From positions 14,496 to 78,495 of the forward strand of contig JAVZLK010000004.1 in NCBI GenBank assembly GCA_038883795.1: 64,000 bases of DNA. Direction: 5' to 3'. Below are positions 16,594 to 26,310 of the stretch, in pieces. The position numbers and the translations under genes were made by a program. Each line of letters opens with the position of its first letter. The first letter of the stretch is position 1. This DNA is from Candidatus Bathyarchaeia archaeon. GTDB taxonomy: Archaea; Thermoproteota; Bathyarchaeia; Bathyarchaeales; Bathycorpusculaceae. The notes under the pieces are model-generated. The model was not told the origin of the DNA, did not search any database, and saw nothing but the letters and a program-made list of their open reading frames with translations.

Positions 16594-16678
16594 ACGGCTA
16601 TCCACCATTTTGCACACGCATGAGCATAAGCAACACTTTTACCTTCTAAAACAAAAATAACAATAAAGGCGAAAATAA

Positions 16679-18580
16679 TTGTCAACAATAAGCAACACCC
16701 TAAAAAGAACAAGCGACATCCTAAAAAACGGAGCTACAAAACAAATTCTAGAATACGAAAAAAGCTTCTCAACCATAAAAAACCTCTATAACGCTTTACT
16801 CTCAAACCTAATAAAAACAAACTTCAACCAAAAACAAGCTCACCAAACAGCAAAAAACTTCTTCCAAACAACAAACCTACGCTTCGCAGGAATAGACGGA
16901 ACCATGTACTCAAAACCCCTCTTCGATCTAGTCATATTCTTCGGAGGAGCATACGCATCAACAGGAACCGTAACTCTCCAAGAAAACAACAAACCAAAAA
17001 TAGAATACGACGAAAAAACCCTTCAACAGACTGCAGGCATATCAAGCGTAGTCCCCATATACGTCAACGAAATCCCAGACATAGACCAAACCTTCTTCGC
17101 TACGGAACAGCCAGAAGAAATAAGCCTAAACAAGCCGTTAATGGATGAAACAATAATAAACAACGCCACCATCGCCAACTGGATAATGACTTTCGCAGAA
17201 TATTACTTGGCTTATAAGCTTGCCACAGACCAAAACCAAAAAACCCACATAATCCTTTTAGACAGAAGCCTTTCCATAGAAAGGGCAAGCCTCCTCTATG
17301 ATACGTCAAAACGGGAATTATGGGAAAAGAAAAGCAGCATCCTAGGCTACAAAATAGACAACGAACCCATAGACATCAACGACCTAACCATAGCAAGACA
17401 ATACGTTTACAACCCAGCCTTAGGCTTACCGCCACCAAGGGCAGACTATCTACGCTATGCAATAATCCAACTAGCAAAACAAAAAGGAGGCTTAACAGAA
17501 GCTCAAATTCTTAAAGAGTTTGGCATAACAGACGAGAAGAGAGCAAAAAGAGTGAAAAGATACCTTGGACATTTGGTAAAAAGGGACATTTTAAAAGAGA
17601 AAAATGAAGTTTACACACTGAATCCAAAATATGCCACAACATGGGAACGCATCAAAAAACTTGTAACAAGCCTCGGCGACCGCTTCTTCTTTACAAAAAC
17701 CTCGGAAACAACAAGCCTCATGAAAATCTTGAAGGATGGAAAAGAGCATTGGTTGACAACTCTTGACATTGCTTTTCTGACGCTTTTCACTTTGCAAACG
17801 CTCATGGAAGAATGCTGGAATAGGCATGTTTTGCTTATAGGCATAACGAAAGATACGGCGGCAAGGGATTTCAAAAGGCAGCTCATTCCAATAATGAATA
17901 ATGAAGGCTTGTTGAAGGCAAATGTTACGCCTGAAGAGTTTGAAAAACTGCCAAACACGGACCGCATGATTCTCCAATCCACAAGCATTTTCAACCCGGA
18001 AGAAATTAAGCCTCCGTGGAGCCTTATTGAGTATGATTCAGCTTACAGAACAATGATTCCAGATAGGCAGGGCAGAAAGGGATACGTTTCAGGTGCCATA
18101 AAAAACAAGATAGGCTTAGAAAAAACTTTCTTAAAAACCTATGTGCAGTTAAGCCAAGCAAAAACAGATCCGCTTTTGCGCAGTAACGTCCTCTTGGTGG
18201 ACCGTTTGGTCTATCCAGAGTATGATTATAAGCCAGAAAATGTTGTGGAGTTTTGGAATGAGCTCAGCGATGGAACAAGAGAAACCGTTGAAACCATCTT
18301 ATTTGTGGATAAGGAAGTTCCTAATGAGATTCAGAATTTGGTTATGGTTGTTTTGGAGGCTATGGCACCGTCTAGCATTCCAGAAGCCTTCGGTCATAAC
18401 AAGCCTTTGTTCATCGCAGATAAAGTTGCAAAGTGGAATTATAACCAGTTCAAGCGTATAGTAGATACGACGGCTGATTGGATACTCAATAACCATAAAT
18501 TGAGAAAGTTCATATTTTACATGAGCACCTTTAGGGAGAGGAGGGCAACAATTGAAGCGGCAAGAAGAGAACAATTTTAA
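16679..18580 (+). CDS. NurA-like nuclease-fold protein
   Basis: FAGIDGT (NurA DGS-like motif I), IILLDRSLS, LIGITKDTAA, NKPLFIADKVAK. Overlaps the HerA-like gene. Confidence 0.5.
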   Translation: MSTISNTLKRTSDILKNGATKQILEYEKSFSTIKNLYNALLSNLIKTNFNQKQAHQTAKNFFQTTNLRFAGIDGTMYSKPLFDLVIFFGGAYASTGTVTLQENNKPKIEYDEKTLQQTAGISSVVPIYVNEIPDIDQTFFATEQPEEISLNKPLMDETIINNATIANWIMTFAEYYLAYKLATDQNQKTHIILLDRSLSIERASLLYDTSKRELWEKKSSILGYKIDNEPIDINDLTIARQYVYNPALGLPPPRADYLRYAIIQLAKQKGGLTEAQILKEFGITDEKRAKRVKRYLGHLVKRDILKEKNEVYTLNPKYATTWERIKKLVTSLGDRFFFTKTSETTSLMKILKDGKEHWLTTLDIAFLTLFTLQTLMEECWNRHVLLIGITKDTAARDFKRQLIPIMNNEGLLKANVTPEEFEKLPNTDRMILQSTSIFNPEEIKPPWSLIEYDSAYRTMIPDRQGRKGYVSGAIKNKIGLEKTFLKTYVQLSQAKTDPLLRSNVLLVDRLVYPEYDYKPENVVEFWNELSDGTRETVETILFVDKEVPNEIQNLVMVVLEAMAPSSIPEAFGHNKPLFIADKVAKWNYNQFKRIVDTTADWILNNHKLRKFIFYMSTFRERRATIEAARREQF

Positions 18581-20429
18581 CAGTTTCTGCTTCACAGATT
18601 TTGATGGAAGATTCCGCGCTAGGCTGGCAGCCGTCATACCAAGGTTTTTTGCTGCTGCTGAAGAGACTAAGCTTGCTGGCACAAGCGCTCGCTATCAATG
18701 TCGAATTAAGGTTGAGTATCAGAAGGATTTGATGGGCCTTTTGGAAGAGGGCATGCTTTTGGCTGTTAAGAATTTCAAGCAGTGTGGAGAAGGCGAAGAA
18801 CGTTTTACGCTTATGGAGATTAGCCGTGTTTGGCCTGAACATTTTGGTTTGAGGGGTTTGTCTGATCATGGTTATTATCCTATGCAGTTTGAGATTATTG
18901 AGCAGTCTGAGGAGGATTGGCAGACTGACGATAGGTCTACGATGATGGTTCAGATAGATGCCATACCAATAAATTATGATTTGATTGTTAATAGAAAATG
19001 TGAGTTTGAGTTTGTTAAAGGCTTCTCCTACCCAGTTGTGGGCAGCCCAGCCTATCTTTTAAACGGCGAAATGATAAATCGCATGTATAACCAGAAAATC
19101 GCTGAAAAGTTGGGAATAGACCCATCCAAAACTGTCAGTGACGCCCGTGCGGACCCGAGGCTTGGTTTAATAAAAATGTTTCAGGCAAGTGAAACTATAA
19201 TTCCAATTTATGTAGATTTTGAGAAGCTTGTGCGCTACCATTTCGGCGTTTTCGCCTTCACGGGCGGTGGAAAAAGCAATTTGATGTCGAATATTTTGAG
19301 AAGATTATTGTATCATACTGAGCAAACGAAGGTTGTGGTTTTTGACATAAGCTGCGAATACGTTTTCCTTTTACTTGACATTTTAACGGATCCAGCGATT
19401 TCTGCGAAGGTTATTATGGAAAATAGGATAGATTCGTTAGAGCAATTTTTCAATTCTGTTGTTAAACCACGAGAGTACGAGACTGACGAGCGGATTAAGA
19501 AGGGACTTAAATGTATAATGGACCAAGGCAGACTTTTCTATTACAAAAGACCACGGGGGAAGGTTCCAACTTACAGCGAGTTTATGGAAGAGCTGAGCGA
19601 CCAAAGGAAGGGTTCTGCTGACAAGCCAAATTACATGAATGCCATTGACGAGATTCGTGATGCCATATTAGAGTATATTGAAGAGCATGGGCTTATGGAA
19701 AATCAGGAAGTCAGCGAAGACTTTGTTAAATATATAGACGAAATATCGAGAGCCAAAGTGGAGGAGTTTAAGGTTCACGAAAAAAGCGGTTTGTATGCTT
19801 GGGCAACAACGCGGAGCATGCTTTTGGATAGGATAAAAAGGCGCAATGAAAGGGAAGAGAAGGAAACGGGCGGATTAGCCATAGAAAAAATTCGGGAGTT
19901 GCTTGAAGACAAAACAACGAGGCTTATTTGCATCTCAATTTCGGACCCATTCACGATAAAGGATTTGGTGATAACGCTTACGCAGGATTTGCTTGTTAGG
20001 AGAAAACGCAAATTCCAAGTTAAACCATACATCCTCCTCGTTTTCGATGAAGCACAAGAATTCATACCAAGCGGAGGCTCTGGCATCGATGCCAAATGTT
20101 CTGGGCATGTGGAAACCTTGCTAAGGCAAGGACGCAAATACGGCTTAGGCGTTTGCATCGCCACGCAACGCATAGCCTACTTGAATACGAATGCCCTACA
20201 ACAGCTTCACACATATTTTGTTGGCACTTTGCCAAGACCATACGACCGCCAACTTGTAAGCGAAACTTTTATGATAGATAAGGGCATCTTAGAGAAAACT
20301 TTGGAGTTTGCGCCTGGCGAATGGCTATTGTCAAGTTATATAGCGACTGGAATGGAGAACGTGCCAATATTCATAAAGGCGGACAACGCAGAAAACGAAA
20401 TAGAAAAATATCTTAAATCAAACGCTTAA
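18552..20429 (+). CDS. HerA/FtsK-superfamily (DUF87-like) ATPase
   Basis: Walker A FTGGGKSN, Walker B LLVFDEAQEF, RKYGLGVCIATQR. Start codon uncertain (TTG 18552 or downstream). Confidence 0.75.
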   Translation: MKRQEENNFNSFCFTDFDGRFRARLAAVIPRFFAAAEETKLAGTSARYQCRIKVEYQKDLMGLLEEGMLLAVKNFKQCGEGEERFTLMEISRVWPEHFGLRGLSDHGYYPMQFEIIEQSEEDWQTDDRSTMMVQIDAIPINYDLIVNRKCEFEFVKGFSYPVVGSPAYLLNGEMINRMYNQKIAEKLGIDPSKTVSDARADPRLGLIKMFQASETIIPIYVDFEKLVRYHFGVFAFTGGGKSNLMSNILRRLLYHTEQTKVVVFDISCEYVFLLLDILTDPAISAKVIMENRIDSLEQFFNSVVKPREYETDERIKKGLKCIMDQGRLFYYKRPRGKVPTYSEFMEELSDQRKGSADKPNYMNAIDEIRDAILEYIEEHGLMENQEVSEDFVKYIDEISRAKVEEFKVHEKSGLYAWATTRSMLLDRIKRRNEREEKETGGLAIEKIRELLEDKTTRLICISISDPFTIKDLVITLTQDLLVRRKRKFQVKPYILLVFDEAQEFIPSGGSGIDAKCSGHVETLLRQGRKYGLGVCIATQRIAYLNTNALQQLHTYFVGTLPRPYDRQLVSETFMIDKGILEKTLEFAPGEWLLSSYIATGMENVPIFIKADNAENEIEKYLKSNA

Positions 20430-20434
20430 AATTT

Positions 20435-21196
20435 TCAGGTTCTTATGGAGAGATACGTCTTATATGATTTGAAGCCTACTTTTGAATATGCACGTATGGC
20501 TGGGGCGTTATCTGCTATTACATAGATTATTGCTATTGGAGATCTTTTGAAAATTTTTTGGACAAGAGCAGACACGATAGATGTAGCGTAACCTCTATTT
20601 CTGTAATGTTCATCAGTGGCTACAACTCCAATTAGGCTTGCAAAATCCACGAATCGAGCATTGCCAACAGAAACCAGTCTACCTTCTTTTCTTATGCCAA
20701 GCCAGAAAACGTTTTGCCATCTCTGCTTCAACTGTTCTGCATTAGTTTCGCCCCACCACTCAGGATCGCATCGTCTCATTAATGCTGCAACTTCCTCAGC
20801 GTCTTCAACATTTAGCCTTATGGGAGTTTCAGTTATTTGAATGCGCTCGTCTCCGCGGTTCAAGCACATCAGCACCATGTTCTCTTTAACGCGTGGCTTA
20901 AATTTCTGACAAATGACATCTTCGCAGTCTGGTGGCGCCTGCAATTCAACCTTCTCAAGATTAGCATATTCAAGTAACTTCTGCACAGCTTCCCGACTGC
21001 CTCTAAACTGGACAATATAATCAGAAAAAATTAGCAGCAAACCTAATACTTCCCTTCTCTCCACTGCCAGAAATATCTTTGTCTGTTCCCTACGTTGAGT
21101 CCAATCAAGTATGAAAAAATAGTAATCTAACTGGTCGCGGTTTACATATTCCCAGAACGTCTGCTCGTAACCTTCAGTCACAGAAACAATTTTCAT
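20435..21196 (-). CDS. GNAT-family N-acetyltransferase
   Basis: Motif A RNRGYATSIVSAL. Likely start is MKIVSVTEG (ATG at 21194-21196). Lies 22 nt downstream of porB on the same strand. Confidence 0.75.
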   Translation of the reverse strand: MKIVSVTEGYEQTFWEYVNRDQLDYYFFILDWTQRREQTKIFLAVERREVLGLLLIFSDYIVQFRGSREAVQKLLEYANLEKVELQAPPDCEDVICQKFKPRVKENMVLMCLNRGDERIQITETPIRLNVEDAEEVAALMRRCDPEWWGETNAEQLKQRWQNVFWLGIRKEGRLVSVGNARFVDFASLIGVVATDEHYRNRGYATSIVSALVQKIFKRSPIAIIYVIADNAPAIRAYSKVGFKSYKTYLSIRT

Positions 21197-21251
21197 AAAT
21201 ACAGTCTCCGAACAGGTAATAAGGCGCAATGTGGAATAAAAGTTTAAGAAT

Positions 21252-22247
21252 TTATACTGCTGCCTTTGCAGGTTGCGTCATTCCGCATTTTTTGAGCAGT
21301 TTATTCCATCTTTCATCTGTTATTCTTTGTATTTCGTTAAGCATCTTCTCGAATTGTGGCGTAAACAAATGCCTAAACCGTCCTTGCACTTCCAAATACT
21401 CCTTAACGGGCTTTTTCTTTTGTGGACTCAAAGCCATAACCTTGCTTGGTGCCGAAAGCTGATATTCGCCGTTTACTGCTTCCCATAATGGGAATATGCA
21501 TGTTTCCACAGCCAAACGCGAAAGCTCTATGGTTTTTGCTGGGTCGCTTCGCCATCCGCGTGGGCATGGCGCAAAAACGTGCAGAAAGGCTGGTCCATTC
21601 ACTTCTAAGCCTCTTCTCACTTTTGTTATTAGGTCCCGCCAATAATATGGCGATGCTGTAGCCACATATGGCATTTCATGAGCCACCATAATATCTGCTA
21701 TAGGCTTTTTAGGCTCCAGTTTTCCTGGTATTACGGTGCCCGCTGGCGATGTTGTTGTTGAAGCGCCTAGGGGCGTTCCGCCGCTTCTTTGGATTCCAGT
21801 ATTCATATACGCTTCATTATCGTAAAGCACAAACAAGAAGTCATGTCCCCTTTCCACTGCGCCGCTGAGTGCTTGGATGCCAATGTCGTATGTGCCGCCG
21901 TCTCCAGCCAAAGCAATAACGTCTATATGCTCATGCTTTATTCTCCCCTTCTTCTTTAGCACTTTTATGGCTGCCTCAATTCCAGAAGCGTTTGCAGCTG
22001 CATTTTCAAAGGCTGTGTGAAGCCATGGCAAAGCCCAAGAAGTGTATGGGTATATGGACGAGACCACTTCCATACAGCCAGTGGCATTAGTTACTATGGT
22101 TGGTCCCCTAACAGCTTTCATTATGAGCCTTAAAACTGTTGCTGGTCCGCAGCCTGCACATGCTCTATGTCCAGACAAGAAGAGGTTTGGTTTTTCGGCT
22201 ATGTCTTTTGCGGTGAATTTCCATTCAGAAAACATTTTTTCACTCAT
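21252..22247 (-). CDS. porB: 2-oxoacid (pyruvate-type):ferredoxin oxidoreductase beta subunit (TPP-binding)
   Basis: CxGCG N-terminus, GDGG TPP motif, and gamma-delta-alpha-beta gene order. POR versus VOR cannot be told apart by eye. Confidence 0.88.
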   Translation of the reverse strand: MSEKMFSEWKFTAKDIAEKPNLFLSGHRACAGCGPATVLRLIMKAVRGPTIVTNATGCMEVVSSIYPYTSWALPWLHTAFENAAANASGIEAAIKVLKKKGRIKHEHIDVIALAGDGGTYDIGIQALSGAVERGHDFLFVLYDNEAYMNTGIQRSGGTPLGASTTTSPAGTVIPGKLEPKKPIADIMVAHEMPYVATASPYYWRDLITKVRRGLEVNGPAFLHVFAPCPRGWRSDPAKTIELSRLAVETCIFPLWEAVNGEYQLSAPSKVMALSPQKKKPVKEYLEVQGRFRHLFTPQFEKMLNEIQRITDERWNKLLKKCGMTQPAKAAV

Positions 22248-22254
22248 CTCTTTT

Positions 22255-23487
22255 TCACTCCCTTAAACCAACATAATTTACCAATTTTTCAACACGTCCT
22301 GTTTTGATTATCCTCCGCAAATCCTCATAAATACCACGTATTTGAGCTGGGCTTGTGTCTCTTCCACCTAAACCATAAACATAATTCACTACATGAGGAC
22401 GCTCTCTAACATCGTAAAGCGCATGCCGAACCTCATGGAAAACTGGTCCGCCGTGGCTTCCGAAGCTGAGGCTTCTATCCATGACAGCCACAGCTTTCAC
22501 ATTTTTAAGCGCTTCAACGATTCCTTCGACTGGTAGGGGTCTGAAAGTGCGCATTCGCAGCAGTCCTGCTTTTATGCCTTCAGCCCTAAGCTCGTCCACA
22601 ACAGCCTTAACCGTTCCAGCCGTAGAACCCAAACATACCGTGGCGATTTCTGCATCATCCATGTGGTAGAGCTCTAAAAGCCCATCTCCATAATGTCTTC
22701 CACTTAGTTGGGCATATTCCTCATGTACTTGTCGTATCACCGTAAGCGCATTTTTCATGGCTTCTTCTTGCTGCCGCTTAAACTCAAAATAATAGTTTGG
22801 CAAAGCTATGGGTCCCATAGTTGTTGGATTTTCTGGGTCAAGCCTAAAAGGCACCATTTTTCCTTCGTGATTCTCTACTAGTGGGAATTGGCGAATTCCA
22901 ACAAACTTTTTCACTACATCATCTGGGAGAACTTGCACATTTTCCAGCGTGTGGCTTAAAGTGAAGCCGTCCAAACCCACGATGGCTGGCAACAAGACTT
23001 CTGGGTTTTCAGCTATTTTGAAGGCTTGAATTACAGAGTCATAAGCTTCTTGAGCATTTTCAACATAAATTTGTATCCAACCACTATCCCGTTCAACCAT
23101 GGTGTCGGAATGATCGCCGTGGATGTTTAATGGTGCTGACAAAGCCCTATTAGCGATTGCCATAACCACTGGCGCACGGCATCCAGAAGTTACAAAAAGC
23201 ATCTCATGCATCAAAGCCAAACCAGCAGAAGCCGAAGCCGTAAAAGCCCTTGCACCAGTCACAGAAGCCGCAAGACACGCAGTCAAAGCACTGTGCTCTG
23301 ATTCTGTGCAGACAAATTCTGTTTCAACCTCGCCATTGGCCACATATTCGCTGAACTTTTCAACAATTATTGTTTGAGGCGTAATGGGATAAGCAGCCAC
23401 AATGTCAACATCAGACTGCTTCACGGCATAAGCAACAGCCTCATCCCCGTTTAGGGCTAAAACCTCCTGTTTAACAATACCCTTCAT
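22255..23487 (-). CDS. porA: 2-oxoacid:ferredoxin oxidoreductase alpha subunit
   Basis: NGDEAVAYA..YPITPQT N-terminus typical of the family; operon context. Confidence 0.88.
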   Translation of the reverse strand: MKGIVKQEVLALNGDEAVAYAVKQSDVDIVAAYPITPQTIIVEKFSEYVANGEVETEFVCTESEHSALTACLAASVTGARAFTASASAGLALMHEMLFVTSGCRAPVVMAIANRALSAPLNIHGDHSDTMVERDSGWIQIYVENAQEAYDSVIQAFKIAENPEVLLPAIVGLDGFTLSHTLENVQVLPDDVVKKFVGIRQFPLVENHEGKMVPFRLDPENPTTMGPIALPNYYFEFKRQQEEAMKNALTVIRQVHEEYAQLSGRHYGDGLLELYHMDDAEIATVCLGSTAGTVKAVVDELRAEGIKAGLLRMRTFRPLPVEGIVEALKNVKAVAVMDRSLSFGSHGGPVFHEVRHALYDVRERPHVVNYVYGLGGRDTSPAQIRGIYEDLRRIIKTGRVEKLVNYVGLRE

Positions 23488-23505
23488 TTTTATTACTCAT
23501 CCTCC

Positions 23506-23784
23506 TCATCCAAGCTTCATTTCAATAGCCTTTGTTGGGCACTCGTTGGCGCATATTCCACAGCCTTTACAAAAGTTAAAGTCAAACTCAATATCCTCCT
23601 TCTCGGGATTCCAGTGAATTGCGCCATCGGGACAGAAAAGGACGCATAGAAGGCATCTTGTGCATTTTTCTGGGTCTCTAATGGGCATGTATGTTTTCCA
23701 ATCTCCAGTTAAAAATTCTGTGCTCGGTTTCCAGCAAACTCCTGCTGGCGCAATTTCTTTCCAACCTTTCTCTTTAGCCGTCAT
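23506..23784 (-). CDS. porD: 2-oxoacid:ferredoxin oxidoreductase delta subunit (2x[4Fe-4S] ferredoxin)
   Basis: CTRCLLCVLFCP and CKGCGICANECP clusters. ATGA overlap with the gamma subunit stop. Confidence 0.88.
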   Translation of the reverse strand: MTAKEKGWKEIAPAGVCWKPSTEFLTGDWKTYMPIRDPEKCTRCLLCVLFCPDGAIHWNPEKEDIEFDFNFCKGCGICANECPTKAIEMKLG

Positions 23785-24350
23785 TCAGATTTCACCCTCT
23801 CATAAGCTTCTTTTATAACTGCAAAATTTTTCTCAGCCACACCCAACCTAAAACGCTCCTTAATGACTTTTTCTAGGCTTTCCAATTTTACCAGCTGGGT
23901 TACGCGGGCTACAGCGCCTAGCATGGCTGTGTTTGTTATGGACATTCCTAAAATGTTTATGGCGATTTCCGTAGCTGGAACAGTCCAAACCTTGCCTTTA
24001 TTCATATTAAGTGTTTTTCGCATTTCCGCTGGATCATCCTTAGAGTTAATTATGATTGTTCCTTCTTCATTTAATCCTTCGGTGACAGAAACCGTTTTCA
24101 GCAGTGTTGGGTCCAAAACCACTACAACGTCGGGATTATAAACTGCACAGTGTATGTTGATTGGCTCTGTGCTTATTCTTGTGAAGGCTGTTACTGGTGC
24201 GCCCATTCTCTCTGGACCAAACTCTGGAAAGGATTGGATAAACTTCCCCTCATAGATGGCTGCACGAGCTAGGAGTTCGCTGGCTGTCCATGCTCCTTGT
24301 CCACCTCTGCCATGCCATCTAACTTCCAAGATTTTTTTCAATATGCTCAT
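23781..24350 (-). CDS. porG: 2-oxoacid:ferredoxin oxidoreductase gamma subunit
   Basis: GRGGQG motif. Likely start is MSILKKILEV (ATG at 24348-24350) rather than the track start 24431. Confidence 0.85.
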   Translation of the reverse strand: MSILKKILEVRWHGRGGQGAWTASELLARAAIYEGKFIQSFPEFGPERMGAPVTAFTRISTEPINIHCAVYNPDVVVVLDPTLLKTVSVTEGLNEEGTIIINSKDDPAEMRKTLNMNKGKVWTVPATEIAINILGMSITNTAMLGAVARVTQLVKLESLEKVIKERFRLGVAEKNFAVIKEAYERVKSE

Positions 24351-24545
24351 TCTCCATGAGTCTTCCAAGCTAATTGGGAAATCTAACATATACATTTTTC
24401 TATACCGCGCGAAAGAAACGGGACAAGGCATATCAAATTTTAAATTTTCAAATTATTCAATGAAACAGCAATATTGTAACCATAATTCTTAAGTGGTAAA
24501 ATTTTTCAATTAAATTTTTTAGACAACCAAGGGGCTGCGAAAATA

Positions 24546-26042
24546 ATGCCAGAAGCGGCAGCCAACACGGTGCTTTTGACGGCAGACAAAACATTAATGA
24601 GCGATTATCATCGAAACATATTTTTGGGTTTTGGAACATGCGCCCCGCCGAATGTTATTCCAAACTGGCTTTACAGTTGGCTTTTCTTCCCACCAATAAA
24701 AACAAAAAATGGCATACCAATCGCAGCTCCATATGGACTAAGGAAAATTGAAGCTCAACTTTTAAGCGAAGGCTTCAACGTATTAACTGTTGCACCAGAC
24801 CACCTTAAAAAGTACATAGACAAGGCAAAGGTTTTGGGTATATATGTCATGGACCCCTTCGGTTTGGGTCCAGCCTCAAGCACCTTCGCCTACATCCTTA
24901 AGAAAGAACCCTTTTTAGCGCAGCATTTCCGAGCCCTCTTAGATAAGCCGGAAGTCAGATGGGCTAAAAAGCATGGATTAAAGATTATTGTTGGCGGTCC
25001 TGGTGTTTGGCAGTTTCGTTATAGGCCAAAGTTTGTTGAAGAGTATGGAATAGACTGCATAATTGAGGGAGAAGCGGAAAAAGTCATAGGAAAAATTGTC
25101 CACGCAGCCCTTAACGGTGAAGAACTTCCAAAATATTATGAGGTTGGCATTAAAGAGGTGCCAGCCTTAAATGAGATTCCAGAAATTGTGAATCCTTCTA
25201 TTGATGGATTGGTGGAAGTTGGGCGTGGATGCTGTAGGGGATGCGAATTCTGCAGCGTAACATTAAAACCCTTAAGATGGTATCCCTACGAGAAAATACT
25301 GCGAGAAATTGACGTGAACATGAACTTTGGAGACATTAACTGGGCTTGCCTCCATGCGGAAGACGTTATGCTTTACGGCTCAAACAACACTATACCAAAC
25401 GATGAAAAGCTCATTAAACTCCATCAATTGGTTTTAAAAAAGTGTGATGGAATAAGCTGGAGCCACTGTTCCTTAGCTGCTATCACATCAAAACCAAAAC
25501 TTTTCTCGCAAATCGCCCAACTCATACTCCAAAAACAACCTTGGTGGGGTGCTGAGATTGGAATAGAAACGGGCTCGCCAAAACTTGCAGAAAAAATCAT
25601 GCCAGCAAAAGCCCACCCCTTTAAGCCGCAGGAATGGCCAGAGGTTGTCCGCGCCAGCATGGGCTTGATGCATGATAATAAGCTGATTCCAGCTTGCACA
25701 TTGATTGTTGGCATGTTAGAAGAAACAGAAGAAGACATAATCAAGACCATAGAATTGGTAGAAGACCTTAAAGGTGTTAGAAGCTTAATCGTGCCTTTAT
25801 TTTTTGTTCCCTTAGGCAGGTTGAAAGATAGAGAATGGTTTAAGGGAACCCAAATGACCGAACTGCATAAAGAATTATTAATCACATGCCTAAAACACGA
25901 CTTTTACTGGATAGAAAACCTAATAGACTTGGCTTTTGCAGGAAAATGGTACGCACACTTACTTCATCCATTTTACAAAGGTTTCGTAAAAATTGTTAAG
26001 AATAGAGCCATAAAGGCTGGAATAACAATAAAAACCAGCTAA
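24546..26042 (+). CDS. Radical SAM protein
   Basis: The Cys cluster GRGCCRGCEFCS contains CxxxCxxC. Subfamily not assignable by eye. Confidence 0.7.
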   Translation: MPEAAANTVLLTADKTLMSDYHRNIFLGFGTCAPPNVIPNWLYSWLFFPPIKTKNGIPIAAPYGLRKIEAQLLSEGFNVLTVAPDHLKKYIDKAKVLGIYVMDPFGLGPASSTFAYILKKEPFLAQHFRALLDKPEVRWAKKHGLKIIVGGPGVWQFRYRPKFVEEYGIDCIIEGEAEKVIGKIVHAALNGEELPKYYEVGIKEVPALNEIPEIVNPSIDGLVEVGRGCCRGCEFCSVTLKPLRWYPYEKILREIDVNMNFGDINWACLHAEDVMLYGSNNTIPNDEKLIKLHQLVLKKCDGISWSHCSLAAITSKPKLFSQIAQLILQKQPWWGAEIGIETGSPKLAEKIMPAKAHPFKPQEWPEVVRASMGLMHDNKLIPACTLIVGMLEETEEDIIKTIELVEDLKGVRSLIVPLFFVPLGRLKDREWFKGTQMTELHKELLITCLKHDFYWIENLIDLAFAGKWYAHLLHPFYKGFVKIVKNRAIKAGITIKTS

Positions 26043-26094
26043 TAACTAAACTTAAATATCACTCAAAACTCAAAATCACAAGGCAACACAGGGA

Positions 26095-26168
26095 GCCGCC
26101 GTAGCTCAGTTCGGTAGAGCGGCTGGCTGTTAACCAGTCGGTCGTAGGTTCAAGTCCTACCGGCGGCG
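26095..26168 (+). tRNA. tRNA-Asn (anticodon GTT)
   Basis: Hand-folded cloverleaf: acceptor GCCGCCG/CGGCGGC, D arm GCTC/GAGC, anticodon loop CTGTTAA, T arm GTAGG-TTCAAGT-CCTAC. Confidence 0.9.
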
Positions 26169-26310
26169 CCTCTAAAATTTATAAGGTTTCGCTCTGTTAA
26201 ATTGGATACCCTCTCTAGAATTTTCATTAAAATTAGAGAATGCGAAAAGAGAAGTTTTATCATAATTTATAAGTCATGAGGAGAATATAACATTAAAAGG
26301 AGGACAGTTA

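Noticed and set aside
15623-16712. Many long minus-strand ORFs (for example 16131..16712, 15768..16004, 15902..16093, 16382..16567) and alternate-frame plus-strand ORFs (for example 12802..13407, 15657..15905) inside the fibre locus.
   Set aside because: They are L/F/V/G/C/W-rich or H/P/N/R-rich strings. That composition is expected from reading the extreme A/C-rich strand in antisense or shifted frames. They overlap genes with clear motifs.
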